Positions 54,300-64,000 of a DNA stretch of 64,000 bases are shown here, piece after piece. The notes beneath the pieces were generated by a model that saw only the letters and a list, made by a program, of their open reading frames with translations, did not search any database and was not told the origin of the DNA. The position numbers were made by a program, and so were the translations under genes. The DNA is from Welwitschia mirabilis (lineage: Eukaryota). Location of the stretch: the NCBI GenBank assembly GCA_051453625.1, contig JBOZIK010000001.1, forward strand, positions 17,689,140 through 17,753,139, in the 5' to 3' direction. Positions within the stretch are counted from its first letter, which is position 1, and the number at the start of each line of letters is the position of its first letter.

Positions 54300-55500
54300 A
54301 ATATAATACCAAAAGTAGATCTTGCTAATGAAGTCAAAGGCACACTATGACATTACAACTAATAAGACCATAATTCAAAAGTGAAGGAATCTAAGAAGGA
54401 TGTATTATTAATATAGAATCATCACAACCTTGAGTGTAAGAGGTAGGTAAGAACATATATTCATGGATAACATAATTATTTAAAAAAAAAAAGAGCATTA
54501 CTACAAGTCCTAACATTTTGTAAAAAGATAGTATTGAAAGAATGATAAGAGCCAATAATAACCTTTTTATATGAAATTTTTATCAAGGGTCTGATAAGTT
54601 TCTAACATTATAAAAAAAAAGATTCATTACATAAAAATGGAGAGATTAAAGGCATCTCTTACATGGAATTTCATGTTATCTCTACTAATATTACTTAAAT
54701 CAATAATCACATAGCTATCACCTATAACATTTATATGTTTTTATGGAATACAAAAAATATATTAATTAAAGGAAGAATAATATCATATTTAGTAACAATA
54801 CTCTTTAATCCTAATGAATCTTCCTTAGAATGATGGGTTAAGAGTTTCAATTTGTAAGGATTTAATAGAAGTATCAACATTATATTTGTTTTGTTTTTAC
54901 ATTTAAAGGTTTTATTTTGCAATTTTTTTCCTTAGAGATGTACCGGCCATTAGAAAGTTCTTATTTAGGAACTTTTGGAGGTTTTATTTTATTGATGTTT
55001 GAAGTGGAATGAAGAAGATTATATTTTAAGGATTTAAAAGGGTTATAAGATTTAAGTTTATGGTCCATTATGAAAAGAGTTTCTTTTTACTCCTTTATCT
55101 TTGAACATGTTTTAATGAGATGTTGCTAACTATGATATTATTTATAGATCTCTAATTAATATAAGTAAACAACTAATTGTTAAATAATAACGCAACTTGT
55201 ATTTATCATTAAAATATCTTATAACAAATTCAAAGATGCTAAGTTAGTAAGAATACAACGCATTTCATAATATTAACATTCGTAAAATATTCTAACTCCT
55301 CTATAACATAAGTTCTAAGAGATTTACATGAATTTAAAGCCAAATGCCAAAGCAAGATCTTTGGATTTGGGAATTTAACCAACATTAGGACCTTGATGGA
55401 TGTCTTCTTAATAATTTTAAACTCCTCAACTTGTGATTTAAGGAAATAAAAACTTAAGCCATACAAAGAACAATGTTTAGTAAATCTATTAGTATCCATT
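54300..55500 (-). mobile_element. Possible Mutator/MULE transposase remnant
   Basis: ORF 55239-55499 EEFKIIKKTSIKV..LLWHLALNS..YVIEEL resembles the MuDR DNA-binding region; ORF 54731-54922 DSLGLKSIV..ILP..FFVFH resembles the MULE D..KGL..AV...P...H.FC..H segment. Very decayed. Confidence 0.4.
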
Positions 55501-55829
55501 CCTTTCTTAAAACAAAAAAGAAAGAAATCTTTAGAATATTAAAGACCAAAAAAAAAGAAATATTTAATTTTTATAAACTCACTAATTCATATCCTCTTTT
55601 AAAGATGGTAAAGGAAAAATAATGAACTCAATAGCATGCATGATTACAAAATCTTGGAAATTTTATTCATATTTTTTTATGCCACTAACCTTATAGACAT
55701 TAGGAAAATAGGGAGTATTTATATTACAAGCCATTATTACTAAAATTTTTCTAATTTTTTGGATGAATCTCATGGCTCAATAGGAAAGAAGCCTTAAGAA
55801 TCCTCTTATGATATAGTCTATAATGATCT

Positions 55830-56900
55830 AAAGTCATCTAACCTACATGCAAAGACATACATAAACATGCAACAGTACATAAAAAGATTTTAACCTATAA
55901 GAATGAAGTTGTAGAGAAATTTTATACATTATAATTTGATTAATATCGTATCTCAAAATAAACGAATCCCTAATAAACCTCTAAAAATAAAGTGTAAAAT
56001 ACCTAAAATCATCTAATCTTCATGCAAACTCATGGATAAACATGGAAGAACATGTAGAAGGCTTTTAATACAAAAGAAGAAAAGTTGCAGAGCAAAGATG
56101 CATCTTGAAAATATGATGAGTCTTACATCTAGTAAAGATTTTTTTATTTTTTTAAAATTATTTATTTTTTAAAAAACATTAAAAGTAATTTTAAGTTTTT
56201 TTAAGATTTATTATTTATTTAATTCCCAGATAAAACATTATAACCTCTACATTCATGGTAAAAACATCTTAAATTCTTTGATCATGTATATTTTAATATA
56301 TTTATTTTCATTTCAAATTCATTTAAATTTGGGAACATTAGTTAAGGATTTTTTCCCTTTTAAAATAGATTATTATAGGTAAGATTGTCTTTGAAATAGA
56401 AGAAGACATGCAAATATAATAATGCAAATAATAACTCTTAAGAAATGAATTATCTTAAATAAATGCCTTTCAAAAATCAATATTATCTTAGGAATCTCAA
56501 GGAATCNNNNNNNNNNNNNNNNNNNNNNNNNNNNNNNNNNNNNNNNNNNNNNNNNNNNNNNNNNNNNNNNNNNNNNNNNNNNNNNNNNNNNNNNNNNNNN
56601 NNNNNNTATAGCATAGAACATCTTAAAGGTATTTAATCTTCATGGAAATACATGCATAGACATGCAAGATCACATATAGAGATTTTAGTCTAAAAGATAA
56701 AAGTTGCATACTAAAGATGAATCTTGTAAAGATGATCAATCTCACATTTTAACTGAAAAGAATCTATAAGGAACCTCTTATAATATATAAAACATGCATT
56801 AGAGAAAATACATGTACAGATATGTAAACATATCAAAAGTGATTTTAATTCAAAAGAAAAAAGTTGTAGATAATTTAGAAAATTTTCTAATGATAAAAAT
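55830..56900. repeat. Four degenerate copies of an ACATG...TTTTAA...AAGTTG(T/C)A unit (MULE-like subterminal repeats)
   Basis: AAGTTG(T/C)A cores at ~55905, ~56081, ~56701 and ~56861, each preceded by CATG-rich and TTTTA(A/G) blocks. Confidence 0.55.
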
Positions 56901-57899
56901 CTCTAGTTAAGATTTTTTTTAAATCTTTATTTTTTAAAAACATTAAAAATAAATTTAAGGTTTTTAAGATTTATTATTTATTTAATTCCCAAGATAAAAT
57001 GTTATAACCTCTACATTCATGGTAAAAACGTCTTAAGAATTCTTTGATCATGCATATTTATATATGTTTATTTTCATTTCAAATGCATTTAAATTTGGGA
57101 ACATTAGTTAAGGATTTTTTTCCTTTTAAATAGATTATTATAGGTAAGATTATATTTGAAATAAAAGAAGACATGCACATATAACAATGCAATATAATAA
57201 CTATTAAGAAATGAATTATCTTAAATAAATGCCTTTGAAAAATCAATATTGTCTTAGGAATCTCAAGGAATCATCAAAAAGAACAAAGGAAATAGAAATT
57301 TCTTGAAAAATCATGCAATAGACACCACTATGACACTCTATGATAACAATAGTAACTAGTTGAAAAGGCATTGTAGAAAATGTATGTATAGTAAAAGTAT
57401 TGTTGAAGAAGCTATACTTATAACATTTTTTATATTATTTATATTTGAAAAATTATTAAGTCTTAGAAACTCATAGGTATGTGGAAGAATTGGATGATAT
57501 ATATATTTAATGCAATTATTTAAAAATTAAATAGATAAACTAGATGGATTAAAGGGATGGTTAAATAGGTGATAATTCTTGGGATCTTATATGAGATANN
57601 NNNNNNNNNNNNNNNNNNNNNNNNNNNNNNNNNNNNNNNNNNNNNNNNNNNNNNNNNNNNNNNNNNNNNNNNNNNNNNNNNNNNNNNNNNNNNNNNNNGC
57701 AATAGACACCACTATGACACTCTATAATAACAATAGTAACTAGTTTAAAAGGCATTGTAGAAAATGTATGTATAGTGAAAGTATTGTTGAAGAAGCTAAA
57801 CTTGATAACATTTTTTATGTTATTCATATTTGAAAAATTATTAAGTCTTAAAAACTCATAGGTATATGGAAGAAGTTGATGATCTATAAGTTTAATGCA

Positions 57900-60800
57900 A
57901 TTATTTGAAAATGAAATAGATAAACTAGATGGATTAATGGGATGGTTAAATAGGTGATAATTCTTGGGATCTTATATGAGATAAGAATCTTGAGGAAACA
58001 TTTGATTTCTTTTAAAGTGCTTTAACTAATCTATGTATAATTTGTCAAGAAAAAAAATTTAGTATCAACTCATGAGGGATTTTTTCAATGAAAGGTGATG
58101 GGAATACCTCAGAAATATTATTACTAGTAGTCTCAGGATGATGAGATTGGAAATTAAATAATGACATAGGAATGAAAATGTTTTTATGATAAGTCTTTAC
58201 ACATGAACTTAAAAACTCAACAAGAACATGAAAAGTATAAATAGTAGAGTTTAAACTTTCAAAATCAAAATAACTCCAACCTATGGCTTTCTTATTGTGT
58301 TATAATAATTCTTAAGAAACTTAAAAGAAACATGTTTAATCGTCATAAGATGGATTCAAAGAAAACAAAGGGTTATATCCATAATTGAAATTTAAATTAA
58401 ATTAAAAATTTAAATGGGAAAATAATAATTTNNNNNNNNNNNNNNNNNNNNNNNNNNNNNNNNNNNNNNNNNNNNNNNNNNNNNNNNNNNNNNNNNNNNN
58501 NNNNNNNNNNNNNNNNNNNNNNNNNNNNNNNTTTCTTATTGTATTATAATAATTCTCAAGAAAATTAAAAAAAACATGTTTAATTATCACAAGATGGATT
58601 CAAAGAAAAGAAAGGGTCATATCCATAATTGAAATTTAAATCAAATTAAAAATTTAAAAGGGAAAATAATAATTTTTATTCACAAGAAGAAAATTTAGAA
58701 TCATCAAATTCGTTATCAAGTCCATCAATAAAGTCAACTCCATTAATATCCCTTATTAGTTTTATGCTATTGAAGATTTTTAAATCAATATCTATTCTCT
58801 AAAATTAAATTTTCATAATACCATTTCTATAATTGATAATAGCATTGAAATTCATAAAGAATGATCTTCTAAGCTAAAAAGAATTGAATGATGTTTTGAT
58901 AGTTCCATTTCTAAAACTATGTATTCTAGGATGAAGTAACAATTATCAATTTGAACTATTACATCTTCTACTATTCCAACTAATAACTTTAAAAAATTAT
59001 TAGTTAATTGTAATTAAAGTTTAATGTATGTAACATTATTTAAGCCAANNNNNNNNNNNNNNNNNNNNNNNNNNNNNNNNNNNNNNNNNNNNNNNNNNNN
59101 NNNNNNNNNNNNNNNNNNNNNNNNNNNNNNNNNNNNNNNNNNNNNNNNTTTTCATAATACCATTTATACAATTAATAATAGCATTAAAATTCATAAAGAA
59201 TGATCTTTCTAAGATAAAAAGAATTGAATGATGTTTTGATAGTTCCATTTCTAAAACTATGTATTTTATGATGAAGTAACAATTATTAATTTAAACTATT
59301 ACATCTTCTACTATTCCAACTGATAACTTTAAAAATGTATTAGTTAATTGTAATTAAAGTTTAATGTATGTAATATTATTTAAGCCAAGTTGTTTATAAA
59401 TATTAGACAGTAAAAGATTAACACTTACTCCAAGGTCTAATAATATTTATCTAGGATATCTACTTGTAGTGGTAGTAGCTATGATTAAGCAATTAGGATC
59501 TTTGTACTTTAGAGGGAATTAATTTTGTATGATGATGCTAGATTATTATGCTAGAAGAGCCTTTTTAATAACATTCATTTATCTCTTGAAAGTACATATG
59601 TATTTAAGAAATTTGGTGTATGAAGGCACATATTTTATAGCTTCTAATATAGGAATGCTAATCTTAACTTCCATGAAACGTTTCAAGACTTCTAGTTGCT
59701 TCCTTACTATGTTATCATTTCTATAACATGGATGAAATAATAGAGGTTTTTGATAAGTTGGCATTGGCTTCTTGATCTCTTTTTTTATTTTCTTTTTCTC
59801 ATTTGTTTTTGTTAGTGCTTTTTCCTCTTGTGTTGGGACTTGATTTAGATCTTGAATAATTTATTTTCCACTTCTAAAGTTGATGGCTTTTCTCTTCTTA
59901 ATAAGACTATTCTCTTCTTAATGAGACTATTCTCTACACCCTCTAACTATCTTAACATCTCTAGGATTAGGTTTAGGAATCATAGGAAGTTTTTTCTATT
60001 CTCATTAGTTATGGATAGAAAAACTATAAGTGGTTTTTTGGCTCCAGTGGGTCATGTTTTATTTTACTATATAAGTATTTAAAGAAAAATAGATGAAGCA
60101 AAGCTATGAATAGGAGGCTTAAACATGAAAAAAAGGACTTGCTTAAAATCTTATCTACAATACATATGATAGGAGGACTTTCCAAGTTTAAAGGCATTTA
60201 TAACCAAATCTATAATATATACACAAAGGGAAGTAGATAAGGAAAGTATCTAAAATAAAATAATTCAATTTAGGATAGAAAGCACAATAAAGAAATTGCG
60301 ATGCAATATATCAATGATATAATTAAATATGTATTTAGAAAATATCTAGTTAAAAAAGGTTACAAAGTTATATAGGAGCTTAGAGATTAGGATTTGTCCA
60401 ATTAAGTAAGTTAATAGATAATGTCATTTAAATTCTTAACTCCACATTGTAAATTATCTATAATTTGATATGATAGTTAGATTTAATAAAATTTAAATTA
60501 TGTGCTTATTATTTAATTTTTTTGAAGACTTATCATTATGATTGTATTAGGCTTAGAATATTTCAAATTCTCTAAAACTTTCATTGTAGATAAAGAGACA
60601 TCTTAAAATTTCTAGACATCTTTTAATTAGATGTCTTGAGTTTTGTAAATATCTTTAAAAGTTAGCTATCAAAATAGATGTCTTTGATTAGGTAGATATT
60701 TTAATTGTAAAAAAAATGTATTATAAAAGTTTTGATAGTAGATGTCTTTAAGTTTATAAATGTTTACTTTTTGCATTTTAGATGTCTTTCATTAGGTGGA

Positions 60801-62950
60801 CATGTTGAATGTACTATTGTAAAAATTAACATGTATAAAAAATGTAGGATNNNNNNNNNNNNNNNNNNNNNNNNNNNNNNNNNNNNNNNNNNNNNNNNNN
60901 NNNNNNNNNNNNNNNNNNNNNNNNNNNNNNNNNNNNNNNNNNNNNNNNNNNNNNNNNNNNNNNNNNNNNNNNNNNNNNNNNNNNNNNNNNNNNNNNNNNN
61001 NNNNNNNNNNNNNNNNNNNNNNNNNNNNNNNNNNNNNNNNNNNNNNNNNNNNNNNNNNNNNNNNNNNNNNNNNNNNNNNNNNNNNNNNNNNNNNNNNNNN
61101 NNNNNNNNNNNNNNNNNNNNNNNNNNNNNNNNNNNNNNNNNNNNNNNNNNNNNAAAAGATCCTAGTATAAGCCTTACTTTTACCATGGGTAGTGATAAGA
61201 ATATTTATAACTTAGACAAAGAATGCTATTATTATAGAAAGAACTTTTAAATTTTAGAGGTAGCACAAAGATAAAGTTTTAACTTACTTCACTTAGAGTA
61301 GTTCAAGAATGATTGTATAGTAAGAAAAGAATTGAATGATAAAGGTTGATAAGGACAATGAGGAATATTGATTATATGAGAATGGATAAGAGTTTCAAGC
61401 AAAGGAAAATTGATTCCTAAGTTGACTAGTTAATGGTTGGTTGTTATTATTATTATTCTACTTATATAGAACTTTTAGATGATTACTTCACTTGGGGTTA
61501 CAAGTGTTTAAAAATGGGTTATTTAATTTTTGATTCTATTAATGTGATTCTACCTCATTAACTTATTCATTTACTATTTTTTGAAAGATCATATTAAANN
61601 NNNNNNNNNNNNNNNNNNNNNNNNNNNNNNNNNNNNNNNNNNNNNNNNNNNNNNNNNNNNNNNNNNNNNNNNNNNNNNNNNNNNNNNNNNNNNNNNNNCA
61701 TCTCTAGGATTAGGTTTAGAAATCATAAAAAGTTTTTTCTATTCTCATTAGTTAAGGATAGAAAAACTAGAAGTGGTTTTTTGGCTCCAATGGGTAATGT
61801 TTTGTTTTACTATCTAAGTATTTTGCATTTATAACTCCATATACACCGTCAAAGTATCTTATAAATAATTGAATGATAAATGTTGATAAGGACAATGAGG
61901 AATATTAATTATATGAGAATGGATAATAGTTACAAGTAAAGAAAAATTAATTCCTAAGTTGACTAGTTAATGGTTGGTTATTATTATTATTATTCTACTT
62001 CTATAAAACTTTTAGATGATTACTTCACTTGGGGTTATAAGTGTTCAAAAATGGGTTATTTTATTTTTGATTCTATTAATGTTATTCTATCTCATTAACT
62101 TATTCATTTACTATGTTTCGAAAGATCATATGCAAGAATATTCAGAAGTTCTATAGTTGTCAACATGACATAGTAAGCATTTAGGCCTATGTTGTATGGT
62201 AAGATATATAAGTTTTTTGGAAATTTCATATATACTATTATTGATGTTTAAGTTTTTTGGAATCTTAAAAGCATTAGTGGACTCAACTACATGATATGAT
62301 CTAGAAGGTTAAATTGATTCTAAATATTCTTACACTTCATGTATCTTTAGAATAAGGAATCTATTTCTACTTATCATCTCTACCAATTGTTTGTGATTTC
62401 AAATTAGGCCTTCATAGAAGACACTTATTATTATCCCCTATATAAAATTATGTTATGAGAATTTTAAGAGTAGGTCACTAAATCGTTTTAAGATTTGAAA
62501 GAAGATGTCATGATCTTTCTACTAGAAGTTTATGATTTCTCTCATTAAGGGATTGGTTTTGTAACTAGAAAATAATTTATTAATGAAAGCTCTATTTAAC
62601 TTATCAAAGTTGTAATGGAAATGAATTTAAAGTATACAACTAGTATTTTTTTTTCTTTAACAAAAAATAAAATAAGATCAACATAAGTGTATCACTTAGA
62701 TTGAAGAATTGAGATAAGGTCATAAGCACATATTTAAATTCTTTAAATGTAAGTATGAATCTTCAAATTTAATGTAATAAAAGTATGGAAGAATCTAAAT
62801 GATGATTAACTTAAATTCTAATATACATATAAGTGGATATTGAACTATACAAAAAGGCATTCCTATAGACATTATGATTGAAAATAATCTTTAAGATTTT
62901 TCTAGTGGAATGGCTATTGATAAGTTTAATTTATTAAAGAAATTAGAATT
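57900..62950 (-). mobile_element. Athila-like Gypsy element 3 remnant: gag, protease and possible integrase C-terminal tail; interrupted at ~60085-61325
   Basis: ORF 59579-59764 EVLKRFMEVKISIPILEAIKYVPSYTKFLKYIC; KYKDPN...LDLGVSVNLL protease (~59510-59410); 62300-62550 is homologous to the gag at 46660-46880. Confidence 0.8.
60594..60807. repeat. Cluster of about 8 copies of TAGA(C/T)(A/G)TCTT
   Basis: Copies at ~60595, 60613, 60628, 60675, 60693, 60739, 60779 and ~60798. Confidence 0.7.
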
Positions 62951-63231
62951 TTAAATGATAGTTATTTTGAAAAATAAAATTAAAATTGTTGAAAAAACTA
63001 AGTATTAGAGAAATAAGATGGGTTATTAAAATGAGGATTCAAGAAAGTAGATTTTTCATTTGCATGTTTTTCCCTTTCAAATCCTTTATGTAAATGGCTC
63101 ATAGAGGAGGGTCTTTCTTTGTTATTATTATGAGGATCCATTTGGAGATTAGACACATAAAATGCAATTTATCATAAGAGTCATGTATTCAATGTGTATA
63201 TCTCTTTAAATTTAAAAGAGGTGTCAATAAC

Positions 63232-64000
63232 TAATGACACTCAAAATTTAACATTTATATCAAGGTATTAAGGTATTATTGGAAATTTTAATTAATCATC
63301 ATGATAGTTTTATGTATTTCTTTTACTTAGGGGCACAAAATTTTAGTTTTACTACTAATATGCTTAAATAATATTATTTTGCAAATTAAATAGCACATCT
63401 AAAGCATCATGGTAGAATATTGGGCTGTGTACTTCATGATGACATTGATCATAAGCATGCTTACACTAGTTTCTTAGAGAAAAATACTATCATACTTACA
63501 TTCTTGAGTCCTCTTAATGCACATAATTCATTCCCATAATTTTTGTTAAGAGGAGATACAGGAGGAATTTTCTAAGAAGAAACCCTCACTTTGGCCCCAT
63601 GACTAAATAATTATTTAAAATAATTTAGTTCATTTAAAAGGATTTACTTTCATTATTATATTTCAAGAAGATTGAATATTTAATCATGAGTTCATGATAG
63701 ACTAGCTATCAAGCTAGTATGATGCTTTTTGGTTTAGCATGAGTACATTTTTTTATTGTATGCTTTTCTTATCCTAATAATAAAGAACTATATGTTCTTA
63801 ATGCATTACTTTTATATCAAGTCGTGAATGTCATACTTGTTATGCTTAGAATTGGTTAAGTCATTCTTTTACTTTAAACTCTAGTTCGATGATTTTTAGT
63901 TATATTCTTTCTTGCATAATATAGATGTTTATCTAATGAATCTTAGGAGACTCCTACTTTTCATGCTTATTTTTATGAAGGCTAGGTGGCTTGATTATAT
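63232..64000 (+). repeat. LTR of the element-1 family, truncated by the window end
   Basis: TAATGACACTCAAAATTTAACATTTATATCAAGG aligns to the LTR start at 38643; 63700-64000 aligns to 28965-29275. Confidence 0.85.

Larger units (their letters stand above)
6472..62130. repeat. Recurrent gap-flanking direct duplications (assembly-level)
   Basis: Approximate pairs: 6472-6771/6872-7171; 8099-8516/8617-9034; 10914-11153/11254-11492; 20314-21089/21190-21963; 22647-24002/24103-25430; 42508-43272/43373-44182; 51066-52432/52533-53900. Confidence 0.95.

Noticed and set aside
6746-61250. ORFs containing long X runs
   Set aside because: They are open only because N gaps contain no stop codons.
1-64000. 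CRISPR array, prokaryotic operon or defence system, tRNA/rRNA genes
   Set aside because: No repeat-spacer array and no gene-dense coding DNA; the content is plant TE-like. The only tRNA-related sequences are the PBSs.
1-64000. Species assignment
   Set aside because: No diagnostic sequence; only a plant origin (Athila-like Gypsy, plant L1, CHG depletion) is supportable.

Overview
AT-rich (about 25-30% GC by eye) eukaryotic DNA, almost certainly plant heterochromatin from a draft scaffold with many 100-N gaps. I find no intact protein-coding gene. Most of the window is old, stop-riddled transposon debris: two Athila-like Ty3/Gypsy elements with both LTRs, a decayed tRNA-Asp-type PBS, a PPT and a 5-bp TSD (28390-40537 and 42608-54090); two minus-strand Gypsy remnants; a further LTR running off the right end; a 5'-truncated L1 LINE; a Copia fragment; and probable Mutator/CACTA remnants. 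CG and CHG are strongly depleted. Three things stand out. (1) A CG/CHG-retaining island at ~3800-5400 holds a ~325-nt imperfect fold-back followed by two canonical GT-AG introns and an AATAAA, the layout of a spliced pri-miRNA or hairpin-RNA gene. (2) A ~550-bp TSD-flanked, A-tailed retroposed insertion encodes a decayed DnaJ J-domain (8.2-9.3 kb). (3) Most gaps are flanked by two copies of the same locus, roughly 5-10% diverged, suggesting two diverged haplotypes or homeologues interleaved in the assembly. All alignments and divergence figures were made by eye and are approximate.
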